Source: Octopus sinensis (lineage: Eukaryota). From it: a DNA stretch of 64,000 bases. The notes beneath the pieces are model-generated. The model was not told the DNA's origin. It did no database searches and saw only the letters and a list, made by a program, of their open reading frames with translations. The stretch covers positions 111,476,001 to 111,540,000 of the forward strand of contig NC_042998.1 in assembly GCF_006345805.1 (NCBI RefSeq). Reading direction: 5' to 3'. Both the position numbers and the translations under genes were made by a program. Shown piece after piece: positions 1 to 12,490 of this stretch; position 1 is the first letter of the stretch; each line of letters opens with the position of its first letter.

Positions 1-558
1 TAAATGCCCTGATGCAGTACCAGGCAGTGGCTCTCATGGCTTCTGATCTTAACTGATTGGAAGTGTTATCATGTACATTGTTTTGTCTTGGTATAAAAGA
101 TGGGCTACAGCAAATATTCTGCTCAATACCACAGATTTGCTTGTCAGTTGTTTGACCTTAACCAGTTGAGCATGTCCTTAGTGGCTGACGATATGTGCAT
201 CTCTGATCACGAGCAGAAGTAGTGGGGGAGCATCATAGCCATGTGTTGAGAGGGATTCTTTGGGGTTTGAATAGTTCACCTCTGGAAACATGGGTGGTTC
301 TTTCAACATCCTTAAGCAACCCTTATTCAGGGACCGTTTGAGCAGGATGGGCTACTCAACCTGAAGAAAATTCTAACTGGGCCCCACCTGCAAGGTCATG
401 TGCTGTTTATCTTGATATGAGATCACCATGTCGCGCACATATGGTTGTGATGCATGTGCCTGGTGTACCTTTATCAGACGGGTAGTCATGATGGGTATAT
501 TGGGCTTCGTATATTTTACCCCAGTGTCACTTTGATGGCATGAACTGCTCTCTCACTC
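1..558 (+). mobile_element. ~560-bp non-coding TAA-associated retroelement, apparently full-length (copy 1)
   Basis: Near-identical to 21686-22148 and homologous to 13119-13335, 13798-14234 (-) and 21301-21646. Ends CTCTCTCACTC followed by (AAT)n. No ORF in the track. Confidence 0.85.
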
Positions 559-700
<142 letters not shown>

Positions 701-1380
701 TGTAGAGCTTGTAGAACTTGGAACGAGACAGTGGTACACATTGTGACGAAATGTTCCAAGTTGGCACAGGAAGAATATAAGAAACGGAGACACAACTAGG
801 TTGTAAAAGTTTTCCAATGGAAACTGCCAGAAATGGAGATTTGAAGCTGGAAACATATGGTACAATCATCGACTCAGAAGAGTACTGGAGTCAGAGGAAT
901 GCAAAATTTTGTGGGACTTTCCTATTCAAACGGATAAGAAATTAGAAAATAATAGACCGGGCGTAACAATAATAGGGGGGAAAAAAACAAATTTGCTTAT
1001 TGATCGATTCCTTATGCCTGTTTGATTTCAGGATCGTAAAGAAAGGGAACGAAAAACAAAAAATTATAATCCCTTAAAATTTCAAATAGGAAAAATTTTG
1101 GAACTTGAGAACAGTAAAAGTCATTCCTATAATAAATGGTGCGTTGGGAACCGTAGGCAAGGATACAGGCAAATGGCTGAAGGAGATTGGAATATAAAGC
1201 CCGGTTGAGCACCAACAGAAAGTTTGTGTCTTAAGGACAGCAAGGATTATCAGGAGGATTCTAAGCACTTGAAAGACAGCTGAAATTTTGTGGATACCTA
1301 AGGTTACAGGTAGTAACCCGCTACCCACATAAATCCTGCCAGGATGAAGACAGAACCTGAACCAAACCAAAATAATAATA
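701..1380 (+). mobile_element. 5'-truncated Dong/R4-type RLE non-LTR retrotransposon, degenerate 3' end
   Basis: From 701 translates CRACRTWNETVVHIVTKC (CCHC knuckle), then ILWDFPIQTDKKLENNRP and QKVCVLRTARIIRRILST*. Has stops and frameshifts; 3' UTR ends in AATAATAAT. Confidence 0.85.
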
Positions 1381-1682
1381 GTAATCTTATATAAAACGCA
1401 ATGTGTCCCATCGTTCACACTAGGGAAGAAGAGTAAAACAACTAACGGAGTTTGAGGCTGTCAGATGCTAAAGCTGGCGAACAACATTCGAAGGTTTTGC
1501 TGTAAAGATGCTAATATTTTAACGAAAATAAAACTAGAAATTTTTGTCATAAATTGTATTTCGTTTATCCGTTTCACCCACACCCCGACAACACAAGTAT
1601 ATATGAAATTAGATATTAAACAAAACCCTTTTTTATCAAATTATCGTTCACATAGCATTTCTACACAAATGTTATATGAACG

Positions 1683-1735
<53 letters not shown>

Positions 1736-1968
1736 GCACACACACACACACTTCTATTTTATTCTTTTGTTTTAGTACATTTTCCCATGTTTCCCCTTTC
1801 TGACAGAAGCCTTTATTTCCTTTGCCAAGTGATTTCATCCATCTAAAATATGTCAACAAATATACGCGTGCGTTCACACACACATTCGTATACTCCCACA
1901 GGCACACACACATGCATATATATGAACATCTATAGGTGTATATAAATATGGATAGGTATGTATAAGTG

Positions 1969-2026
<58 letters not shown>

Positions 2027-2059
2027 GTGTGTGTGTGTGTGTGTATGTATGTATATATA

Positions 2060-2235
2060 ATTAAAAAAACAAGGCAAGGACGTAGTACATGCAAAGTATT
2101 AATAAGACACTCAAGGAAGGAAAGAAACAGCGGTTGCTTTACGTTTGAAGCAAAGCTTTTCCTCGGAAACAGGAGACACAAAAGTCCAAAAGAAAAGGAA
2201 GGAGGAAAAAATCGCCAACAGTCCACGTATAGTTA
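2060..2235 (-). mobile_element. Diverged copy of Penelope-like pLTR family P1
   Basis: Reverse complement aligns to 2580-2790, including a decayed hammerhead core GTTTCCGAGGAAAAAGCTTTGCTTCAAACGTAAAGC. Confidence 0.6.
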
Positions 2236-2497
2236 CATAGAGAGGGATAGAGCGAGAGGGGGAGGGAGGGAGGGAGGGATGGAGAGAGTAGAAAGGTATA
2301 TTTTTCAACGCGTAAATACTGACAGAACAGCATATATAGGATAAAATACGTCAAGAGCAGAAAAGTTTCCTCTTAAAGGATTTTATCCTATACATACTGC
2401 TCTGTCAGTATTTACATGTTGAAAAATGTATTTTTCTACTTTTTCTATTATACATTTCAACGCTTCAAAACAAACTTATGTTTATTTACATATGATG

Positions 2498-2579
<82 letters not shown>

Positions 2580-2581
<2 letters not shown>

Positions 2582-2790
2582 CCGCGTGTGTACCGTTGGC
2601 AATTTTTTTTCCTCCATCTTCCCTTCTTTGGATCTTTCCTTTTCCTATGTTTCTGACGAAGAGCTCCGCTCGAAACGTTAAATCCTCCTTCTTTCCTTCT
2701 TTCCTGAGCGTCCAATAATACTATGCTTGTTCCACGTCCTCGCGTTGTTGTGTTTTCTCTTTGTGTTTTCATGTTTGGATTAACTCTATA
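2580..2790 (+). mobile_element. Penelope-like pLTR remnant (family P1) with minimal hammerhead
   Basis: Second copy at 25566-25770. Contains CTGACGA-A-GAGC-TCC-GCTC-GAAA-CGTT and is flanked by (TG)n/(TA)n. Confidence 0.7.
2649..2683 (+). ncRNA. Minimal type-I hammerhead ribozyme motif
   Basis: GTTT-CTGACGA-A-GAGC(TCC)GCTC-GAAA-CG-TT-AAAT; stem III reduced to palindromic AACGTT as in PLE minimal hammerheads. Confidence 0.6.
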
Positions 2791-2799
2791 TATATATCA

Positions 2800-5700
2800 T
2801 TTTCAGCTCAAAGCTGGGGCAATGCTGAGGCACCGCCGTTTTGCTTCACTGTTATTATTGAGTGCCTCCTCTAATATGTGGTATTTGGTGAATAAGGGAG
2901 TTTGATGTCACTACTCTCATTCGCACCTCCTACCGTGAGTTAGGTTCATCTAAGACTCTCGAAAGTAAACCACCAACATCTAATGTCCCTCACGCTCTTT
3001 GGGAGAATATTAAAAAGCCGTGGGCCTCGGAAACCCAGGCTGTTGCAGTAACTGGTCACGAAGCGCGATGGCATTGCCGGGATCTTTGGCACTGTGCAGT
3101 GTCAACCCGTTCCAGCATTTGTGTAGCTTTCAATGCTAAAATTTGGCGCAATCCTTTCTAGGATCTTCCAGATGTATATCACTGCATATCTCTCCTGCCT
3201 TCGCTCCAGGGAGTAAAGTCTTAGCTCTTTCAGCCTATCCCAGTAGCTGAGCTGACGATCTTCTTTGTGAAGCTTCATTAGATTGCTTGGAGGTCCGCTG
3301 TTAATTTTACACAGTGGGGTGACCATAGCTGGGAGCAATAATCCAGGCGGGTGAGGACGAATGTCCTCCAGAGAACCATCATGGTTTCCTTCTCTGTGGT
3401 TTTGAGCGTTCTCAGGATCCATCCAGCCTGTGGGCTGCACTTTGTCGCTATCCTTGTAATGTGCACTTGGAAAGAGGAATCATCACTCATGTCGATACCC
3501 AGGACCCTCACTGATTTTAGGCTTTGGGATTGTAATGCCCTGTGGACCAGTGTACCCTGTAAGTTTTATATTCAGTTTTGGACGCTGGTAGCACAGGGCT
3601 TGGAATTTTTCAACATTAAACTGCATATTATTGTCCTCAGCCCATCTGTAAATCGAGTCCAACTTCTGCTGTAGGTGTGCAACTTCGCTTGGGTTATGTA
3701 TTTTCTATGAGACTTTCGTATCGTCTGCGTAGCTAGCAAGGGTGGCTATCGGGGCATTTGAGGGCATATCTGAAAGGGCCACTATGAAAAGCAGTTGTCC
3801 CAAGACAGTGCTCTGAGGAACATCGCTCACTATTTGTGTTTTCTCTGAGGTGGCTCCATTGGCCACTACTGCCTGTCTTCTATCTTTCAGAAAATCATGT
3901 AACCACTCTCCAAGCTTTCCAGTTATGTCGAGATCACGCAGATTGTGGCGTATTATACCATGATCCACTTTATCAAAAGCATTTACAAAGTCAAGGTATA
4001 TTACGTCTACATTCGAGTTGTTGAGTAACTGCCTCACCCAGTCATCGTGCTGTGAGAGCTGAATCAGGCAACTCCTACCTGGTCGAAAGCCATGCTGGGT
4101 ATCACTCAGCAAATCGTTTTCGTCAAGGAATGCGATTAGTTTCCCTCTGATTATCAGTTTTATGACTTTGCTGTTGTGTGAAATCAGAGAGATAGGCCTA
4201 GAGTTTTTGGCATCTGTTCTGCTTCCTCCTTTATGGATTAGGCATATTATTCCCTCCATCAGTTTGCTTGGCAGCTTGCTATTTGCAAGAAAGCTCTATA
4301 AGGGAATTTGTTGTCGTTTTGCCTGGGCACGCTTACACGATTTGAGAAGGATTGCTGGAATTCCATCAGGACCATCAGTTGAGTTTGCGTCCACCTCATC
4401 TATAGCTAGTAGTATATCTTCTTCACTAATGTCGATGTAATCCATCGTAACTGCCTCGCTGGTTATAGGTGAAGCGGCAAAGAAATCCACTGGTTTGTTC
4501 ACTTGTCTGTGTTCCAACGGAGTGGTAAAGACACATTTGAACTGGTCATTCAGTACCTCACTGATTCTGGCTGGACTATCTGTGAGGGAGCCATCCTTCC
4601 CGAAGATAGTTCTATTTTGCAACGTACTGAGGCTGTTTCTTTTTCATAATGAAAGAAGGCCTTGGGTTTAACTTAATGTTTTTTTTTATAACCCAGGTTC
4701 CTTTTACTGCTCTCTCCCTCACATAGGATTGTTGCAGGCTTTTTTGAATCTCCATCAGTGATGTTTTTGGATCGGACCTTTCACTACTGTTGGAATGTTG
4801 CTTGAAGCGATTTGCAAACTTCGTCCGTCGTCTCATGGGGATCACTTCCTCCCCCTTGGAATCTTTTTCCTTTTTGTGTTAGCCTTGTGCTCTGGGACAT
4901 ATTTCTGGCATATGGTTTGCATAACAGAAATGAATATTCTATTTTCATGCCAATGTTTGGTGTGGAGAGACATTTCGACCAGTCCTGTCTGAGGAACCCT
5001 TTCTGGATCAATTTTCAGTTTGCTTTGTGGAAGTTCAGACTGGAGAGATTTTAGATGCTTCCTTTAGGCTGTGTGTCTCTGGCTACTTCTGATCAATACA
5101 TAGACAGCTCCATTATAGTGTGATCCGAAACTAATGTCAGCGTCACTTTCACATATGTCCATATTGTTTGTGAAGCAGAGATCCGAAATGTTATTCTCCC
5201 AAGTTAATCTGAGCACAACTTGCTCCATGAATAGTGCAATGGTGATGTTGAGCAGGGAGTCCACCTGTGCTTGTTTATAATGAGTCATTCCTGAAAGCAT
5301 GAGGCCTTCGGGCCATTTGACATTGGGGAAGTTGAAATTACCCATGTGATGTTCCAGTTTCATAAGGATTTCTTTTATTCTTGTGAGGCAACCTTCAAAC
5401 TTGCCTATGTGGTTTGGAGCATCCTGTGGGCAATATGTATTGCATTTACCTATATTGTGTTGTCTTATGTATACAATTAGTGTCACATACTAGATTTGAG
5501 TATGACAGTAAGACCTGGGATGTGAAGTCTTCACGGATGTATACAGCAACTCCACTATGGCTCCTTTCCCTTCTGTCAGTTGGCAGTATGGTATGTTTTG
5601 ATACGTGTACTTCTGCATCTTCTATATCAGGGCTCAGCTAATCAGCTAAGTTTCCACGAGTGCTATGCATAGCATGCATGCAGCAAGGTCTCTCAGGAAA

Positions 5701-6690
5701 AGAAATTGCTTTTGTTGTTGTGATGCAGCAGGCCTCCAATATTTAGAACAAATATTGGCGTGACGACTGTGCAGGCGTTAGGGGAGGCCATCCCGTGTCT
5801 GTTGATTGTGGGGATTTTGCGCAGTGGTGGGCAAGGTTCCTTGTTTGTGTTGATGTAGCCAGGTCAACTGCTGCACAATATTTTGCGTCATGCACAAAAA
5901 AGACTCTTGCTCAGCTGCTGCCTTGCACATAACATCTTAAGAGCGCACTGCATTTGTATACATTTACTTTAGAGACGATTACTGCCTTTCCTGGGGAAGT
6001 ATTTTTCTTTAAGACCCCTGTCGTTTTAGCGGGGTTTCGGATGAGCAAACCAGCTGTTTGTACCCCATGCCATTGCAGGTAAAATTTGCATGTCCTTGAC
6101 TTCACTCCAAATTTCTTCTCTCCTCTAAGGTTTCGGATTCCATTGGAGTCTCCATATTTGTGTTTTCTGTTTTTCGTTTGGTGGTTTGGTGTTTTGGTTT
6201 TAGTTGTTTCATCTTTTCCTTTTCCTTTTTCTTTTCCTCCTCTTCATTCTTTTTGTTTGTGCCCGTGTTCTTGCCTTCCTTTTCTGGCGGTAGCACTAGC
6301 ACTCCTTTGGTTGTCCAATGGCGTGAGGGCTCCATTCTTTTGTAGGACCACTGGCAAAGAGAGACTTCTGATCTTTGCTTCTTCAGCTTCTCTATCCTTA
6401 TCATCCTGGTTGTTCACAGGGGTAGGGGATCCATTCTTTAGTGGGGCCACTGGTTCAAAGAGACTTCTGGTTTTTGCTTCATTACGTGTGGACTGTGTTG
6501 ATAGTCGTATCTGTGCTGACATAGTAATTATACTGTGGTACTGAGTGGATGTTATATTGATCCAGCCTATTGAAGATGATAACACTGGACGACCGCTTAC
6601 AAGACTAGGTTGTAGTACCTGCGAAAAGTGCTTAACTGTTTAATTCCGCCCTACCTGAGAGTGCCTTTGGTCTTATGATGCAGCTTCTTC
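2800..6690 (-). mobile_element. Near full-length degenerate CR1-group LINE (ORF1 remnant, APE endonuclease, RT)
   Basis: RT motifs in ORF 3705-4259 (QHGFRPGRSC, YLDFVNAFDKVDH, VPQSTVLGQLLF, YADDTK). EN motifs at 5064-5486 (MGNFNFP, DLCFTNN). C-terminus LYSLERRQERY. Cys/His-rich ORF1 remnant ~5850-6110. 5' limit approximate. Confidence 0.92.
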
Positions 6691-7341
6691 ATTAAAATTA
6701 ATTCTTAATTAAAGATTATTTAAATTATGAACTTTCGGCAAAATTTCATGGTAATTTATGTTGATAAAATAAAAACATTAATAATGACAAGGTTGTTTAG
6801 CTAAATACTTCATTATTTTCAAAATTAATTCAAAGGCAGTGTATTTAAAAAAAATATGATAACGAAAGAGCTGATAGTTCTTTTATGCTAGAAGCAATGT
6901 GTTTCATATAAAGTTGGAATCCAGATTTTTGTGTCTTGCTAAGACAGTAGGTCTAAAGTCTGTTGTTTCTAGTAAAGGTGAGTTTAAGCTCAGTGCGGAG
7001 GATATCGGCGGTTACAACCCAAGGCAATATTCATTAAATTTGCGATGAGAATTAATATGACGTCTATGATATTAGAGCATAATTTTTTGTTAAAGTGTTC
7101 TCTTGCCGTTTCATCAAAAAACAAAGATCTAGAACCAAATCTAAGCAAGAGCCTAAAGCGCTCAACACCTACCTTCGTGTAGCTGCTTCACCGGATAATG
7201 CCGTTGACAATCTCATTCTCACATTTAGTACTGAAGCAGACAAAACATTTGATGGGTTTGCTAATATTACGAACCACATGAATCTCGGTATCTAAGAGAA
7301 CTAATCATGTAAGAGCTATTTTAATACACACACACACACTC

Positions 7342-7506
7342 AGGAGTGGCTGTGTGGTAAGTAGCTTGCTTACCAACCACATGGTTCCGGGTTCAGTCCC
7401 AGTGCGTGGCACCTTGGGCACGTGTCTTCTACTATAGCCTCAGGCCGATCAAAGCCTTGTGAGTGGATTTGGTAGACGGAAACAGAAAGGGCCCGTCGTA
7501 TGTATG

Positions 7507-7576
<70 letters not shown>

Positions 7577-7738
7577 TGTGTGTGTGTTTTGTGTTTACGT
7601 CCCCGTTACTTAGCAGTTCGGCAAAAGAGACCGATAGAATAAGTACTAGTCTTACAAAGAATAAGTCCTCGACTAAAAGCGTGTGCTCCAGCATGGCCGC
7701 AGTCAAATGACTGAAACAAGTGAAAGAGTAAAGAGAGT
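7342..7738 (+). mobile_element. tRNA-derived SINE family A with internal (TA)n/(TG)n
   Basis: Head TGGCTGTGTGG...GGTTCAGTCCC (A/B-box-like); tail GTGCTCCAGCATGGCCGCAGTCAAATGACTGAAAC; many homologous copies in the window. Confidence 0.9.
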
Positions 7739-7795
7739 ATATATATATATGTATATATAAATATGACAAATGTCTCCCTAGATAGATAGATATAT

Positions 7796-7845
<50 letters not shown>

Positions 7846-8368
7846 GGATGGATGGATGATGGATGGATGGATGGATGGATGGATGGATGGATGGATGGAT
7901 GGATGGATGGATGTGCACAGTTTACGTCTGTCAACTTCTCCTCACTAGGTGTGATCAACCCAAAGCTGGCTGCAATGTGAGACATTTATTTGCTCGTAAA
8001 GCTACACAATCAAGTGTGAGATAGAATAGTTGCGAAGAGACCATTTCAACCATGCAACCATGCCAACGCCCATTCATATTTTATTCAGATATTAAGCATC
8101 TAGAACTACACTATCTTCTGTGTTCTTGTCCTTTTATATGGTAAGGTATGATTTCATGGGTGAGGGACTTAGTTGTTTTTTCTTCTCGAAGGTCAAGCGA
8201 CTATGTAGTCTTCTTTGTTATCTCTTTGATTGCTATTAAAGTTGTTGGAAATCTTTTATCTTTAAATAAACAAAGGAAAACACAAGAAAATCTTGAAGTA
8301 AACCGAATATCTTCGAATATCTAAAAGTCACTCCTTGTTTTTAAAGAATTATAATGACCTTCTCTGCT

Positions 8369-8480
<112 letters not shown>

Positions 8481-9289
8481 CTTACATACACACACACACA
8501 TTCTCTCAACGTCCTACTTTTACTGGAAGTATTTACGTAAATAAATCCAAAAAGAACCAAAGTGCTTTTGTTTGGCATTAAATCTGATTGACGCGAACAT
8601 TTCGGTATTAAACATTTGAAATGGAAAGGGAGGAGAAAGGAAAACTTTTAGGAAGGTTTTGAAATGTTCAATTATTAAAAAGAGCAATAAAAGAAATAAA
8701 AGAAAGAAAGGAAGAAAGAAAAAAGAAAGAAAGAAGGAAAAGATTTTAGATATTGATATACATAAATTCTGCCTCTTAAGCATTCTGTATTTCTTTTTGT
8801 TTGTATATTTTTCCTTGCTTTTTGCCTACAATTCGTATCTCTTAACAATATAGACACCTTCTCGGCATATGATTCACGGACGAAGTCTAATAAGGTCGGA
8901 ACGTGTCCCGCGTTGTCACCTTACTGTCTAAATTATGCTCATTTCTCACTGCATTACTCATTCTCGATTCTTATTTAATTTTTAATTCCTTAAAATTTCT
9001 AATCTGCCGCCCATGTCGTCCTAAACCAAAACTGATCGTAAGCAAATGATTATTTTTTCTCACCGTCGGAGTAGTTTTAAGTAATTAAAATTTCTTAACT
9101 CCCTATTCAATGTTAGCCCTGGCCTTACTATTTAGTTTTTATGCAAAGTTAGCCACTAAATGTTTTTCCTTACTTATTAACCACTTAAAAACAGTAAGAA
9201 TTTAATAAGCTAACATTACGCATGGGACAGTGTGCGTGCAAACACACACACACACACACACTAACCCACATACATGCAGGCTTACACAG

Positions 9290-9560
9290 ATGCATGGCTT
9301 AGTGGTTAAGGTGTCGTACTCACGATTGCGAGATCATGGGTTCGATTCCCAGATCGGGTGTTGCGTTGTGTTCATGAGCAAAGCACTTCATTTCACGTTG
9401 CTCTGCGATCATTTCGACATCTGACATGTGGCACCCGTTGCATCTGTATAGTTAATGTCGATCTGGGTGAGCTTATATCTACACAAACATTTGATCACTA
9501 TAAAAAAAGTATTTGTGTGGATGTTAGTTTAGAAATTGTCGAACCCCCATATGTCGTCTG
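9290..9560 (+). mobile_element. tRNA-derived SINE, family C-like head
   Basis: TGGCTTAGTGG A box, GGTTCGATTCC B box, then GTTGTGTTCATGAGCAAAGCACTT; homologous to 63270-63490. Confidence 0.8.
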
Positions 9561-11770
9561 CATGAGTCTCTGGAGAATAAGACTGATAATGAACAGTTTA
9601 TCAAGTTTTATTGTGAGATTTATCATGTTACATGGCATTAGAATTTTATCGAAAAGCGTTTGAATGTATTTTTCATATGTGACCCAGAAAAATCAGTATT
9701 CCAAAATATATCCTATCAGAGATAAGAGATGCGTTTATAATTAAACCGTTTAAGGTTGAGTACCATATTAGTTATGTGCTGCAGTATACAAATATCCTTA
9801 GAGCAATCTTTGAAAGCGACTGCAAAGAAATAAGGCAAGTAGAGTGCGTACAGTTAGATTATCTTGTTTTACACTACCACAAATCAAAACTGAGTCAGAG
9901 CAGTATCTCCTAACTATATTACTTACTCTTATATCATCATGAAATGATTTGGTAATATAAATTCATCAGGGAAACCAACTTCTTTAAGAACTGCCGATAG
10001 CACATCTTGATTCACCGAATCAAAAGACTCGGGGTGATCAATGATTACAGAGGGTATCTGTGCTAGCTAACGAGTTGAACACAGCCAGGAACGTGTTACT
10101 TATCTAGCGCGAAAACTTGATTGGCACACGGACGAGAAGATAACACATGTTTAATGAGACTGACAAGAATAATTTTGCTCAATATTTACTTCATAACTCT
10201 GAGGATAGAAATGCTTCGGAAATAACCATAGAAGTGATTGCAGTATTTTTCTTTTACTTTCAGTGAGAATCTCTTTCAGAAGATTATATAGGATAATATA
10301 AAAAATTCGTTATCCTATGTGAGTAGTTCTGCTAAAATACTAGCAGTACCAAACTTTCTCTTTCAGATTTCTTAACTGAATTTACTGAATGAGCCAACCA
10401 ATTAAGCAATTTAACAAACCTCGCCATCTTTGAAAGCTGTTATTTGAAATTTTAATGAGTGTTTTGCTCATGCATAAAGAGAATACACAAAATTAAATGA
10501 GGAAATAAAGTTCTTGAAGTAAATTTGCCTTACGTTTTAGGAAGGACAAAGGCACGCTGGGTCCTTAACTTACTTTCATACTTCTGAAATATTTCTAAAT
10601 TTTTGACTTAAAAATTTTTCTTGTAATCAGCAAGTTTGAGAGAAAGTAAAGTAGTTTTTCTTGCGGCAGATATCTCGCAATCAATGAAGGGCCTTACATT
10701 TCAACAGCCTATCACAAAATCGGGTATGTGCGTTTTGACAAACTGTTGATAACAATCTCTGACACGTTACTTGTTTTCAGAACTACCGCTAAACGAAACT
10801 CGCGAATTGGAGTCTCACAAACACTTTTATGCTATTTACATTACCTTGAATTATACATTTCAAAAATTTGATTGCATGTTTGTGCTTTAAACTTACTACT
10901 ATCTACGTATTTCTCTACTAAGATTCATAAGAATAAACAATATTCATAACAATAAACAATATATAAAAGAATGCATTTCTCAAAATCATTCCAGTAATTT
11001 TTAAATAAATGAACACAAAATGGCTATGTTAACATACAGCGCTTGTGATGAGTATGATCCAAGCTATCTTTATTTTATAACGCGACTTCTGTATATGCCA
11101 CCTTAGTGTCGTGCACTAACTAATACAGAGCGATATATAGTATCACGGAACGGGGTAGACACCAACTGTCTCCACTTGATGTATTCCCAAATACACTGCC
11201 AACAACTGTAACCAATCCAAAACAACTCTCAACGAGCTATAACAACTTCTCAACAATTTCCTGCGATTCCACGAACTCACGAACGACACCTTTCGACTTC
11301 CTGCGATTTCTCATCTCCTGCACTCAATCAAACACGCTCTTACTTATACGACTTCGACTCACATAAGTGCCATGATTCTCACCATATCACTTTAAGAAAT
11401 AAGGAAAATATGTACGTCTATACAATGCATTAACAAAGCATAAATTCTAAGGTAATTGGGTATTACAAATGGTTACAAGTCAAAATTATTACTGGCTAAT
11501 CCTACCTGAATTTATTTGGAGCAACCTTCTCTTAGACAAGCTGCCTTCACAAACTTGAGTGTTGATAAGCTCCTGACACCCATTGTCCCTACACTGAATT
11601 CACCTGGCTTTGTGACACGACTTGCTTTCGGTCTGCTGAGTTTCTAGCAATCGTCCTCACCAGGCCAGCCTGTAGAGAATGCTGGTTTACTTCGCCTACA
11701 ACTTTGGTATATATCAGACTGTAATGAACATCCAGTCCCGTACAAAATTTCACTCCTCTATATATATATG

Positions 11771-11813
<43 letters not shown>

Positions 11814-11939
11814 ATATGAGTGTGTGCGTGTGTTAGTGAGTATAACTATGTATATATAAATATGTATATGCTTATAGGTGTGCATATGTATAGACATATA
11901 TACATGCGTGTGTGTATCTATGCATGTACATGTATATAT

Positions 11940-11971
<32 letters not shown>

Positions 11972-12069
11972 CAGACATGCATGCGTGCATGCATACATAC
12001 ATACATACATACATACATACATACATACATACATACATACATACATACATACATTTAGCAACCTGGAGC

Positions 12070-12490
12070 TAAAGCAATGTCACGTGCACAAAGAAAGGTA
12101 GACTTTGGTTCTGTAATACAAGTAAGTGTTATTGTTATCCTTGTCGATTTGGTCGTAAATCATGTTAGGAAATATCTCCAACAAACTAGGCCGCCAATGT
12201 TGTTATTTGCTGAGCTTGGAGGATTGCTAATTTTGCTAAATAAACATATTTCTACTCAATGATCATAACTTGCCGGTGTAATTGCTTCATATCAAATTGC
12301 GAGTCGAGATATTTATATCGCACTCACTTCATGTAATCTATCGAGATATCTTCTTTCACGTCTTTATGAAGTAGATTCATGTTTTGATTCAATTCAGAAA
12401 TGCACTGAAATTTCTCTTGGAAGTTTCGCGACCTGTAATAACCGACCCTGGTTTTCCATTTTGCCAAGTTTCATGTAGTATGAATCCACA
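12070..12490 (-). mobile_element. Possible highly decayed Penelope-like RT fragment
   Basis: Minus strand gives ...GKPGSVITGRETSKRNFSAFLN, weakly resembling the PLE RT motif HK.G.PGRP.I. Heavily disrupted. Confidence 0.25.

Noticed and set aside
7342-7420. SINE heads as functional tRNA genes (also 9290, 28050, 36340)
   Set aside because: A/B boxes are present but there is no complete cloverleaf, and each continues into SINE body.
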